Source: Azolla caroliniana
Taxonomy: Eukaryota; Plantae; Polypodiophyta
NCBI GenBank assembly: GCA_043228905.1
Contig: JBHGNT010000014.1
Span: 15,190,001 to 15,254,000, forward strand
Direction of reading: 5' to 3'
Length of the DNA stretch: 64,000 nt
The notes under the pieces are model-generated. The model had not been told where the DNA came from. It worked only from the letters and a program-made list of their open reading frames with translations, and did no database searches. This document shows positions 21,506 to 33,788 of the stretch, piece by piece. The stretch's first letter is position 1. Every line of letters starts with the position of its first letter. The translations under genes were made by a program, and so were the position numbers.

Positions 21506-24500
21506 TGTAAATGATTACTTGTGGAAGCGTTAGAAAACAGAGGAAGTAGGGAATACAAGGAGTACATGGGAGAGACAGAGAGAGCAGAATGTAAGAGTTA
21601 TATTCAAAACGATATAATCACTCTGTATTTTACAACTGTGCTCAATAGCACTATTTATACAAGTCCTCATGGGACTGACAAAAGTACCGCGTACTTCAAT
21701 GATCACATGAGCTTCTGACACTTACTACGAGACTATAATTGCCTAGTAGTCTAAACTAATACTAGGCTTCCGGTTACCGATTGGATCCGGCTAACCGGCT
21801 CCCCAACTCACCGGCTCTGTTGCTTGCCGGCTTACCGATCCGTCTCGCTTGCCGGCTCAGGCTTATTCAGCCGATCCGGCTCTAGTTGAGCTTGCCGCTC
21901 AACACTCCCTCTCAAGCTCAACTTGAGGTTGGATCCTAGTGTCAGTCTCTGTGGCAGTCGGTTCTTCCAACCGACTTCTCCTGGCGTCGCTCCGCCTTGC
22001 TCGCGCTCCTCATCCGGTCTAGTTCTGTTTGCCGCGACCCCTCTTGTTCTGCGCGCCTCGACCTTCTCAGTCGGTATGTCTGCTCAATAGGCCCTCTCAG
22101 CTCCTTCGCTGCTATGACTCCAGCGCTTATCGATCCGTCGGTTCCTCCGCGATGGCATCGACTTCCGCTGCATCCGTGTCTGCTTGGCCTTGAATTGATT
22201 CGGATCTTCCGAATCTGTCTTTTGAACCGAATCGATTGTCTCCGATTCGTTCGAGCTCTTGTCTGAATCGGTTGCTCCCGATTCATCTTCTGGTTCCAAG
22301 CCCTTCACCACATCGGACCATGTCCGGGTCTTGGCCTTCTTCCTTCGGTCGGCTCTGTCCTTCTTGACTCTGTCGCCTTCTGTACTTCCCTCACCGGCGT
22401 AATCGGCAGTCTCTTTGCCTTTGCCCGTTCCGGTGTCTTTGCCCATTCTCCCCCTCAAGTGTGGCACGTCGAGATGCTGAACACCAAGCATTTCGGTGAA
22501 GTGTTGCAACTTGTCCGATCCAAGTGGTTTGGTGAAGATGTCGGCAACTAGCCGATCCGTGTGAACATACCGAAGTTCAACCTCACCGCTTAGGACACGC
22601 TCACGCACGAAGTGATAGTGCACTTCTATGTGTTTTGTGCGAGCATGGAATACGGGGTTCTTGGCGAGTTGCATGCTACTTATGTTGTCGCAGTAGACCA
22701 GAATCGGGGTCGGTACCTCGATCCGTAGGTCTTGCAACAGTCGCCAAAGCCAAATGGCTTCATAGGTGGCAATGGTAGCGCCCCGATACTCAGCCTCAAT
22801 GCTCGACAGAGCAACTATTGGCTGCTTTTTGCTGCTCCACGCAACAGTCGCGCTACCTAGGGAAAACATGTAACCGGAGTTTGATCGGCGATCTGATGCA
22901 TCACCGACCCAGTTGGCATCTGTGTAACCGACCAGCTCTTCGATTATACCTCGCCGGTATAACAGTCCCCGGTCCTTCGTGTCGCTTACATATCGCAGTA
23001 TCCGCTGCGCACACTGAAGGTGCTCCACGGTCCGCTTCTGCATGAACTGACTTATCATTCCGACCGGATAGCTGATGTCGGGTTGGGTGATGGTCAGGTA
23101 AATAAGGCTTCCGACAATTTGTCGGAACCGTTTCTCGTTGCAGGCCGGTCCGGTGTTGGGACGGAGCTTCTGGTTCCGGTCCAAGGGTGTGGAGACAGGT
23201 CGGCATTCTGTCATGCCGAACTTGTACAACATATTCAAGACGTAATGTCGTTATGAGAGTAATATGCCGTCGGGGGTTCGGATCACCTCGATCCCAAAAA
23301 AATAATGAAGGTCCCCTAGATCCTTCATCTCAAATGCGTCCGACAATTGGGACTTGATGCGGTTGATTTCTGGAACTCCGGGCCCGGTGATGACTAGATC
23401 ATCAACATACAACAGTATACATACCGGACCGGCTGAGCCTTGCCAGATGAACAATTAGAGTCCGATTTGGAGGCCACAAACCCCATCTGATGCAGCCGAT
23501 GCGTGATCTTCGCATTCCAAGCTCGAGGGGCTTGCTTTAGGCTATACAACGACTTCTTCAGCCGGCATACCGCCGATTTGTTCATCTCCGATTGAAAACC
23601 GGGAGGCTGAGTCATAAAGACTTCTTCTTCAAGATCACCTTGAAGAAATGCATTCTTCACATCCATCTAATGAAGATGCCACCCCCTTGCCGCAGCAACC
23701 GCCAGCACCACACGAATCGTCGTCATCTTCGTTACAGGAGCGAAGGTCTCGTCGTAGTCGATTTCGTGGGTCTGCACATATCCCTTCGCCACTAACCAAG
23801 CCTTGTACCGGCTAACTGAACTGTTGGCGTTGTACTTTACTTTGTACACCCCCTTGCATCCGATCGGTTTACAATGACGAGGAGGGTCAACCAGGTCCCA
23901 TGTCTTGTTGACATCAAGTGCCCGCATTTCTTCCTCCATAGCGGCACGCCAATTTGCGTCCTTGGGCGCTTCTGCGTAGCTCTCTGGCTCACGCACTTCT
24001 GCCACCTTAGTCATGTACGCATAGCGATGCGCCATGTACTCATTGTACCCGTACCGCTTGACGGGATCCTTCTGGCGGGTGGACCGACGTAACTCACTCT
24101 TACCCGGTTTGAGGCCCTTCTTGGCCGGTTCGGTCTTCGTTGCCGAAGGTCCACCTTTCTCCTTGCCGGAGTCGGATGCACACCGATCCGACTCATCGTT
24201 GCCGGTTTCGAATTCCGGCATCTTCTTCTTCCCCTTCTCCTTACGCGTGAACCGTTGCCTCAGTTCCTTGCGCGGGGAGTGCACAACAGAGTCTCCACTA
24301 CTCACTGGTTCCTCATCGGACTTGTCAGATTGATTCAGTCTCTCGTTCATCCCGCTCAACCGGAACGATTCCGGACTCTCATCCTAAATCCATGCTTCAT
24401 CATCCTCTACCTGGGCCGGTTCAGGCTCACTGGCCTCATCCATCGGCATCCGGTCGGAATCGGAAGTCAGAGTCGGTAAGGAATATCATGATTCCGATAC

Positions 24501-27235
24501 ATCGAACTCGACATCTCGACTAACTCGGACCTGCTTTGTCCGGGGGTTATAGCACTTATAACCCTTCTGCTCTTGAGCGTAGCCGATTAGGATGCATTTT
24601 TCCGATTTTGCATCCAACTTCCTCCACTTCTCTTCCGGTACATGCAAATATGCAATGCTACCGAAGATCTTAAGGTGTCTCAAATTCGGCTTGCGCCCGA
24701 AATACAGCTCGTGAGTTAACACCTTGTCACCGATCCGGTTCTGGATGTAGACAGCCGTTTGGACTGCCTCTGCCCAGTAGAATTTGGGCATGCTCTTCTT
24801 CTCCAGCATTGCTCTTGCCGCATCAATAAGCGATCGGTTCTTCCTCTCGGCAACACCGTTCTGTTGCGGTGTGTATCTGCAGCTGAACTCTCGCCGAATT
24901 CCCGTTTGCTGCATATAACTGTTGAATTGGCTGGAAAAGTATCCTTTCCCGCCATCCGACCGCAGGCATTTGATCTTCCTCTCCGATTCCCGTTCCACCA
25001 TGCTTTGGAGACTCCAGAAACACTCGAAGGCTTCACTCTTCCACTCAATGAGGTAGATCCATGTGTGCCGCGTATAGTCGTCGATGAAGGAGACGAAATA
25101 TCAACTCCCGCCAAGACTAACATTCTTTGCCGGTCCCCACACATCCGAATGGATTAGGTCGAGCTTGTTTCGGCTCCGGTTACGTTTGGTAGGGAATGGA
25201 AGCCAGTGTTGCTTCCCGAGTTGGCAGGCTTCACATACTTGGGCCTTCCGGCCGCTGAACTTCGGCAAACCGAAAACAACTTGTTTCGTTTGCAAGTCTT
25301 GAAGCCTCCAGTAATTGACATTGTCGATCCTCTTGTGCCACAGGACGATGTCCGATTCGACCTTCTGTCCTTTCGCAAATAGAGCGGTGCCGACGTCATT
25401 GGTGTCGAGGATAAACATCCTCTCGTCTCTGCGCCCTTATGCAATAATTTGGCCCTCTTCCTCGATGAAGCACCCGAGGTGCGTAAACTGCACCTACATA
25501 CCTTGGTCGACGATCTGTCCGACCGACACGAGATTCTTCGTGATTGTCGGAACGTGTAATACGTTCATCAGCTTCCCCTTCTATCCGACATGGCTCAAAG
25601 GGACTTCTTTGACGTGCACGATTGGGTGAGGAGTGTCGTCTCTGGTTTCGACTACTCCTAGTTGATCCGATTTCTCCAAAAAGAACCACTCTTTGTGGCT
25701 CGTCATGTGGTTCGACGCACCAGAATCAACATACCACACTTCCTCCGATTTGGAAGTGGTCTTCTTCATCGAGTTCGCCTCGTGCTTCATCACCAAGGCT
25801 GGCCCATTACCATTCTTGGATCCTCCCGATCCCTTCGCGTAGTGCGAGCTTTGCCGGCCATCCTTGCCGTCCTTGTCGTATCTGGATTTGTCCGAATCGG
25901 CTCGTTTTCTCCAGCACTCGCTTTCTCTGTGGCCCTTTTTGCCACAATACCAGCATTCCGTTGCAGATTTGTCTTGCTGGCCTCCGGCACCGCCTTGACT
26001 CCCCCTGCCTGTGGAAGTCCCGGAACTGTTGTCCGCACGTTCTCTGTGCCTTCGTTCTTGCTCTTGCCGGCCGCCTCCATTGCGTGCCGACCCGCCTCGT
26101 CCACCACGCCCACGGGACCGATCTGCACCCGTGTACAGCATCCGACTGTCAGTGGGTGTGCTAGTTGACGCACCGGCGTGGTTCTCCTCTACAAGAAGCA
26201 TCGACTGTAAGTCGAAAAATGACGGTGTATTCTCCCTTATACACACAGCCGTTCGGAACGCTCTGAACTTAGACGCCAGGCCCCCAAGACAGACCTGTAC
26301 CAGCTCTTCTTCCTCTACGGTAACATTGATGGAGGCAAGCGAGTCGCAGATCTCTTTGATCCGGGCCGTGTAATCCGCCACCAACATGTCCTTTTGTCAG
26401 ACATTGCTCAACTCTTGTCAGAGTTGCAGCTTCCGGGTTGTAGTGCTCGCAGCGAAAACCTTCTTTAGGTTTCCCCAAGCCTCCTTCGGTGTCTTGGCGT
26501 CTCGGATGTGGCTCAGCAACTAGTCTCCAACATTGAACGCGAAGTAGTACATCACTCTGCTTGCCGATTGTTCCCACACTGGGAAATCCTTATGTGCCAT
26601 ATTAGGTGTTGTTTCGTTGGCTCCTTTGACGAAACTCCAGTAGGCATGCCCAAGCAGGTACTAGTGCATCTTATATGACCAAGATGCATAGTTGGATCTG
26701 TCGAGTTTCTCCACAGGGAGCGAGCTAGCCATCCCTCTATCCTTCACTTCTTTTCTGTTGTTCTTACGACCTGTTAGGGTTTGCTTTCAAGCGTTTGTCG
26801 GCTACAAAGGTTCTCAACCCTCACGCTCTGATACCATGTAAATGATTACTTGCGGAAGCGTTAGAAAATAAAGGAAGTAGGGAATACAAGGAGTACACGG
26901 GAGAGACAGAGAGAGCAGAACGTAAGAGTTATATTCAAAACGATATAATCACTCTGTATTTTACAATTGTGCTCAATAGCACTATTTATACAAGTCCTCA
27001 TGGGATTGACAAAAGTACCGCCTACTTCAATGCTCACATGAGCTTCTGACACTTACTACGAGACTATAATTGCCTAGTAGTCTAAACTAATATTACGCTT
27101 CCGGTTACCGATTGGATCCGGCTAACCGGCTCCCCAGCTCACCGGCTCTGTTGCTTGCCGGCTTACCGATCCGTCTCGCTTGTCGGCTCAGGCTTATTCA
27201 GCCGATCCGGCTCTAGTTGAGCTTGCCGCTCAACA
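21506..27235 (-). mobile_element. Copia element B, full length, pseudogenised (same clade as A)
   Basis: 399-bp LTRs 21506-21904 and 26837-27235 (~13 substitutions by eye). TSD CGAAT. PBS-iMet 26825-26836, PPT 21905-21916. gag-PR-IN-RT-RH broken by stops and frameshifts. Confidence 0.95.
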
Positions 27236-28327
27236 CGAATTACCTCTACATCGAGGAAGTAATCGAGCTCCTTCATATCTTTTATTTCGAAGCGGCCGTA
27301 GAAGAGCTTTTTGATGTGATCAATATCGTTTAGGTGCTCTCCTCCAATGACCAAATCGTCGACATATATTATGATGAATAATTGGTCTTTGGAGTCGCTT
27401 CAGATAATAGGGAATTGTCGGATTTGGACATCTTGAAGCTGATATAATGCAGATATTGTGTTATCTTTGAGTGCCAACCACTAGGTTCTTGCATGAGGCT
27501 GTAGAGTGGCTTTTTGAGTCGGAAAACCACTTTTTGGTGAGAGCTCGACTTGAAGCTAGGTGGATGTACCATGTACACCTCCTCTTCTAATTCTCTTTGA
27601 AGAAGGGAGTTCTTTACGTCCATTTGATGAAGATGCTATCTTTTTGTTGTTGCCAACATGATAACGGTGTCGTGAAGAAAACCGTCCCTAGGCGGAAACC
27701 GAGTTTACCGTGTGTAAACCGGCCCTTACACGCGAGCACACTTTTCGTTGTATATTAAGTAGGTAGGTACAAGTCGGCTGAGGTGAAATCCTAGGTAGCA
27801 CGCATTCAATAGGGAGAGAATCGGGGTGTAACTCTGTCCGAAAGGACAGAGAATTAATGTGATGTAACGGATGATAACGGCCTCCCTCCTTGGGCAATAA
27901 AAGAGAGGGAGAGGAATGGAAAAGGTATCGTACGTTAGAGAGGACGAAGTGTTGCTGGACTAGGACCGAGCCCTTCTCCTCTGCCACTCTCCATAGCCAT
28001 TTTTGCGCAGGTTTTCGGGAGGCTGACTCTGCTCCGTGGAACGCCCGTGTGCTTCCGGCAGAGTCTCCATCTCGCTCTTCTGTGTGTGTGAGTGAACAGG
28101 CGGCGGTGTTCGCCTTGCCGGCCTGTTAGTTGTAACCGTCTTGATATATATATATATATATTTATTTATTTATTTGTATACATACGTGTTCTTATACCCG
28201 GACTTCTAGTCGTCTCGTTTGCTATGTTGTTGGACTGTGATTCCTATGTGCTCCCATGTCTGTGTGTGTGCAAGTGCGTCCGTTGCCTTTCCGTTCTCCT
28301 CCTTCTCAGCTATTTCTCGGTCCAAGA

Positions 28328-28496
28328 TGTCGAATACATGTGTATAATGGACGTATTCATACTATCCCGTTTTGGCCATTTATGTAATTAGCATAAAGGG
28401 TAGTTGCCCTAAGTCAGTCACTATATATAGTGACCTTGTAACCTCTTTGTGAGGTTGGGTGTTGTATTATTCTTGTTTATGAATAAAGATTTTTTT

Positions 28497-28535
<39 letters not shown>

Positions 28536-31500
28536 AACGACCTACATTCTGTCATACGCAGGGAATAAACAGGAATCGAATGCTTCTTGATCTTCCGCAA
28601 AGACGACATCGCTTCCAACATCTGGTATCAGAGCCTGCACAGTATTCGGTCCTTCATCCCGCTGTCGGCCGTCGTCTCAGCCTGCACAGCATTCGGTTTC
28701 TTGCGTCATTTGAAGAAGAGAGAAGAAGAAGAAAAACGAGGGTCTGCACCTCATCGCGTTAGATCCTCTTGCTTGGAGTAAGCCATCAGGTCGTACTCTG
28801 TTCCTTGTGATCGTAACCGCTCGAGGTGAAATCCCCTTGTGCATCATTGACACGATCGTGCTCCATTCGGTTAAACGGCATCCGAAGAGGTCACCAAACG
28901 CTGCTCGTTGTAACCACTCGGTGCAGATCGGTCTCAAGACAACAACCCCAAATTCGTGCTTCATCCGGCTGATCGACATTCGAGAGGATCAGTTGGATCT
29001 GTCTCTCTCGTCGCTACAGCCACCCGAAGCAGAATCGGTCCAGATAATCGGTTTCAATAATCGGTATTCGGTATATATCCGAAGCGAACCGGGCTCACTC
29101 CGACTCGGCAACATTCGGGAAGACCAGTCGGTTCTGTCCCTCAAGCTACCGAAGTCAATTCGAGCAAGTTCCGAAGCCGAACCGACTCGGGTTCAAATCC
29201 GACTAGAACGATATCGGGTGAGCCAACCGGCTGCACTCCAACAAGGTTCACAGTCAACTCCGAACCGAGCTTCGTCAACCAAAACCGAATTTGATGGCAT
29301 CAACATCCGGCTCGTCAGAAATGAGTCTACGAAAGTTCGATGGATCGAACTTCAACTTCTGGAAAGAGCAAATGCAGGACTATCTCATAGTCAAGGGACA
29401 AATCGATCCCATCGAAAATGAAGAACCTCCAGAAGGATACAAACCAATGGAGTGGCAGAAGCTGGACAGAATCGTCCGCGCCACGATTCGGATGCACCTA
29501 TCGGAATCGGTATACTTTACGGTGCAATCGTGTACGACAGCATTCGAACTGTGGAAAACACTGTCGGACACTTACGAAAAGAAGGTCGCCGCAACGAAGA
29601 TGTTTCTGATCCGGCGCCTCTACAACTTGCGGATGAAAGAATCCGATTCGGTTCAAGCACACCTCAATGAGTACGAAAGCATAAGCTCCCAAATCTCGTC
29701 ACAGGGGACGGCAATCGAGGATGAACTCAGAGCAATGATACTCATGAGCAGCCTTCCCTCATCATGGGAAACTTTCGTCACAACCGTGTGCAACGCGTCA
29801 ACCACGGCTGTTAAATACTCCGAAGTCACGAGCGCAATCCTGACCGAAGCAGCTCGGAGAAAGTCTTTCGCCAAAGACTCAACAGACGACGCTTATGTAG
29901 TACAAGGTTCGACAGACCGATCGAACATACGAGGAAGAGATTCCTCACGACCGCCGAACAATCAGCGAAGACGGAGCCAGTCACGGGATAACCGAATCTG
30001 CAATTATTGCAAGAAACCCGGACACATCAAAGCCGACTGCCGCGCACTCAAGAACAAGAACAACAAGAAGAGTGGCCGGCATGAGGAGATCAATTACGTC
30101 AGCTTCTCAGCTGATGTACTACCGGACGACCCGAATATACTATCAATCGAAAATCCAGCCGGATCAGAAGTTCTGCTCACGACTGAAGAATCGAGCACAT
30201 GGCTCTTGGATTCGGGTGCGTCATTTCACGTGACTCCTCATCGATCCCAATTTCGGCAATATACGATCCGTCACTCCGACTCAGTTCGGGTCGGCAACTC
30301 GCAACACTGTGACATCATCGGAATCGGCACAGTAGAGCTCAACCTTGCCGGTGGCTCTACACTTGTACTCCACAATGTCCGACATGTACCCGAGCTCTCA
30401 AGGCCATTGATCTCAGTCGGACAACTAGATGAAGACGGCATTCGTGCCGGTTTTTCTTCGGGAGGGTGGACACTCCACAGGGGGAACCTTCTGCTTGCTA
30501 GAGGACCCAAGATACACTCACTGTATCCGTTACATGTTACGAGAGAGGGTAACCTGTTCTTGGTGGATATTCCTGTGTCATCACTATGGCACCGAAGATT
30601 AGGACACCTCAGCAAGGCCGGCATCACGCACCTATCTAGAGCCGGATACATCCCCAAACTCTCCTTCTCCGACCACCAATTCTGCGAGCATTGCCAGTAT
30701 GGCAAACAAGTAGCCGCATCACACCCGACATCAGCACCAAGAGAAACGAGACCTCTCGATTTAGTCCATTCGGACGTCTGTGGCCCAATGCCGCATCAGT
30801 CTCTAGGCGGTGCATCTTACTTCGTCACTTTTATTGACGATTCGACTCGAAAGGTGTGGGCTTATCCAATTCGCACCAAAGATCGGGTCTTCTCAATATT
30901 CTCAGATTGGCTCGCTATGGTAGAAAATCAAACCGACCGAAAGCTGAAATGCTTTCGGACAGACAATGGGGGAGAGTTCAAATCCGAAGAATTCGTCAAA
31001 TTCTGCCGACAACGCGGCATCCGACGTGAATTTACGGCACCACACAGTCCGGAGCAAAACGGGATTGCAGAACGAATGAATCGGACAATCCAAGAAAGGA
31101 TAGTTTCCATGCTCCAACACTCTGGACTGTCGGATGGCTTCTGGGCAGAGGCTCTACTCACGGCAGTACACATAATCAATATGTCGCCAAGTAGACCTCT
31201 AGGACTTCAAATTCCTCAGGAACTATGGATCGGCAGTAAGCCGAATTACGACAAGCTGAGGATCTTCGGATGCGAGGCGTACGCCCTTATTCCGAAAGAT
31301 GATCGCCGAAAACTTGCACCTCGGTCCAGGAAATGCATTTTCCTTGGATATGGATCCGACGGCGAAATGGGATACCGACTCTGGGACCCCGAACGCAGAC
31401 AAATCGTTCGAAGTTCGGACGTTGTGTTCAACGAGTCGGCTATGAATCCATCAGTCGAAAAACCGATCGAAGTCCGAAGGGTAACATTTTCCGATGTGCC

Positions 31501-33666
31501 GACCCTTCAAGAAGGCCCTGCTCTCAACACACGGTCAGCTTCACGGGTAGCTGAACCTTACACTACCGACTCGGACAACCCCGACTCGGCACAGCAGAAC
31601 AATCCGCTTTCGGACCATCCGACATTGATACCCGATGCGACCAGTCCAATCTTACCTCGACGATCCGAGAGACTGTCGCAACCTCCGGAGAGGTATTCTC
31701 CTGGAATTTTCTTCACCGACGCCGGCGAACCGACGTCTTACGAAGAAGCATCGACATCTGTCGATTCGGCCACCTGGCATCTGGCGATGGAGTCGGAAAT
31801 GCACTCCATTCGGGCAAACAAGACTTGGGATCTGGTCGAATTACCTAGGAACCGACGTGCTCTTCCTTGCAAGTGGGTTTATCGACTAAAAGAGACGTCT
31901 GATTCGACCACCCCAAAGTACAAGGCCAGACTAGTTGCGAAGGGCTTCCGACAAGAATACGGCGTCGACTTCGACGAGATTTTTTCACCAGTGGTAAAAA
32001 TGACAACCCTTCGTCTCCTACTCGGCGTAGTGGCAGCCGACAACTTGGAGCTGATTCAGCTAGATGTCAAAACAGCCTTCCTCCATGGTGATCTCGAGGA
32101 GGAAATTTATATGGAGCAGCCAAAAGGCTTCGTGGCCACCGGCCAAGAACATCTAGTCTGCCGACTCAGGAAGAGTCTATACGGCCTCAAACAGGCACCA
32201 CGACAATGGTACAAGAAGTTCGACGACTTCATCCAATCGATCGGCTTCTCAAAAAGCGATGAGGACCATTGTCTCTTTACCAACACAGCTCAAGATGGAT
32301 CACCCATCTTCCTCATCATTTACGTGGACGACATGCTCATTTCTGGACGCCACGCGGGCGAACTTGCCGATCTCGTTCGGCAACTGCGGTTGAAGTTTGC
32401 CATGAAGGACCTCGGTCCGGCACGACACATCCTTGGCATGAAGATTAGTCGGCATCGCGATAAACGACATCTTTTTTTGTCTCAGACCGACTATATCGGA
32501 CGTGTCTTGGAACGCTTCAACATGCAATCAGCCAAATCTGCTTCAACCCCGCTCCCTATGCATCTTCGGCTCTCTCAGCGAGACTGCCCGACATCCGGTT
32601 CGGAGGGGGAAGATATGAAGTCGGTACCGTATGCACCGGCAGTCGGCTCCCTTATGTACCTGATGGTCGCGACACGGCCTGATATCTCTCATGCCGTAGG
32701 AGTCGTTAGCAGATTTATGCACAATCCTGGCCGATCGCATTGGAACGCAGTCAAGCATGTGTTCAGATATCTGGCTGGCACAAAAGACCATGGCATTCTT
32801 TTCGGTCCGAACCGAACCTCAGGCGTAGTCGGTTACACCGACTCGGATTTCGCCGGCTGTATAGACAGTCGGAAATCAACAACCGGATACTGCTTCAAAT
32901 TCGGCAATGGAGCAATCTCGTGGAAGTCGAAACTTCAGGAGTGCACAGCGACCTCAACGACCGAAGCAGAATATGTAGCTGCGTCCGACGCAGCAAAAGA
33001 AGCTTTGTGGCTCGGTCGGCTGGCGCACACGTTTCGACAAGTCGAACATGACTCGGCTCCAGTTGTCTACAGCGACAGTCAAGGTGCTGTTGCCTTGTCG
33101 AAAAATCCGGTTCACCACAACGCCTCCAAACATATCGACGTTCGATATCACTTCGTTCGGGACTGCGTCATTTCAGGGAAAATCGGTCTAGAGAAAATAT
33201 CCACAACCGACAATGTCGCAGATGGAATGACCAAGTGTCTTTCGGCAGACCGTTTTCGGTCTCTTCGGCATCAGATGGGCGTAACGACAAACCAGTCCGA
33301 TTAGAGCCGGACACAGAGCAGGATGGTTCCCGACAACCGACATCAGTTCCTTAATGATCGGCTTCAACTGTTCCGACCCGACCAGTTCGGTCTTCTGCCT
33401 TCGGACCCTGCCGACTCGAACAAAGCTGTTATGTCCGAGAACCTAAGTCTATACCTGTAATCTTAGATAACCCATGTATACGCCCATTACGGGGGAGTGT
33501 CGAATACATGTGTATAATGGACGTATTCATACTATCCCGTTTTGGCCATTTATGTAATTAGCATAAAGGGTAGTTGCCCTAAGTCAGTCACTATATATAG
33601 TGACCTTGTAACCTCTTTGTGAGGTTGGGTGTTGTATTATTCTTGTTTATGAATAAAGATTTTTTT

Positions 33667-33703
<37 letters not shown>

Positions 33704-33788
33704 AACGACCTACATTCTGTCATACGCAGGGAATAAACAGGAATCGAATGCTTCTTGATCTTCCGCAAAGACGACATCGCTTCCAACA
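28328..33788 (+). mobile_element. Intact, very recent Ty1/Copia element
   Basis: LTRs 28328-28620 and 33498-33788 differ only by one TC unit. TSD CAAGA. PBS TGGTATCAGAGCC 28623-28635, PPT GGGGGAG 33491-33497. Confidence 0.98.
29294..33304 (+). CDS. Copia Gag-Pol polyprotein (Gag, zinc knuckle, protease, integrase, RT, RNase H)
   Basis: Uninterrupted 1336-aa ORF with CNYCKKPGHIKADC, WLLDSGAS, HSDVCGP/RTDNGGEF/NGIAER, QLDVKTAFLHG, YVDDML, YTDSDFAG and KHIDVRYHF. Confidence 0.97.
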   Translation: MASTSGSSEMSLRKFDGSNFNFWKEQMQDYLIVKGQIDPIENEEPPEGYKPMEWQKLDRIVRATIRMHLSESVYFTVQSCTTAFELWKTLSDTYEKKVAATKMFLIRRLYNLRMKESDSVQAHLNEYESISSQISSQGTAIEDELRAMILMSSLPSSWETFVTTVCNASTTAVKYSEVTSAILTEAARRKSFAKDSTDDAYVVQGSTDRSNIRGRDSSRPPNNQRRRSQSRDNRICNYCKKPGHIKADCRALKNKNNKKSGRHEEINYVSFSADVLPDDPNILSIENPAGSEVLLTTEESSTWLLDSGASFHVTPHRSQFRQYTIRHSDSVRVGNSQHCDIIGIGTVELNLAGGSTLVLHNVRHVPELSRPLISVGQLDEDGIRAGFSSGGWTLHRGNLLLARGPKIHSLYPLHVTREGNLFLVDIPVSSLWHRRLGHLSKAGITHLSRAGYIPKLSFSDHQFCEHCQYGKQVAASHPTSAPRETRPLDLVHSDVCGPMPHQSLGGASYFVTFIDDSTRKVWAYPIRTKDRVFSIFSDWLAMVENQTDRKLKCFRTDNGGEFKSEEFVKFCRQRGIRREFTAPHSPEQNGIAERMNRTIQERIVSMLQHSGLSDGFWAEALLTAVHIINMSPSRPLGLQIPQELWIGSKPNYDKLRIFGCEAYALIPKDDRRKLAPRSRKCIFLGYGSDGEMGYRLWDPERRQIVRSSDVVFNESAMNPSVEKPIEVRRVTFSDVPTLQEGPALNTRSASRVAEPYTTDSDNPDSAQQNNPLSDHPTLIPDATSPILPRRSERLSQPPERYSPGIFFTDAGEPTSYEEASTSVDSATWHLAMESEMHSIRANKTWDLVELPRNRRALPCKWVYRLKETSDSTTPKYKARLVAKGFRQEYGVDFDEIFSPVVKMTTLRLLLGVVAADNLELIQLDVKTAFLHGDLEEEIYMEQPKGFVATGQEHLVCRLRKSLYGLKQAPRQWYKKFDDFIQSIGFSKSDEDHCLFTNTAQDGSPIFLIIYVDDMLISGRHAGELADLVRQLRLKFAMKDLGPARHILGMKISRHRDKRHLFLSQTDYIGRVLERFNMQSAKSASTPLPMHLRLSQRDCPTSGSEGEDMKSVPYAPAVGSLMYLMVATRPDISHAVGVVSRFMHNPGRSHWNAVKHVFRYLAGTKDHGILFGPNRTSGVVGYTDSDFAGCIDSRKSTTGYCFKFGNGAISWKSKLQECTATSTTEAEYVAASDAAKEALWLGRLAHTFRQVEHDSAPVVYSDSQGAVALSKNPVHHNASKHIDVRYHFVRDCVISGKIGLEKISTTDNVADGMTKCLSADRFRSLRHQMGVTTNQSD

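Noticed and set aside
28807-29421. 204-aa upstream ORF overlapping gag (possible extra gene)
   Set aside because: It starts at GTG, has no internal Met and shows no domain features. It is probably chance openness of the leader.
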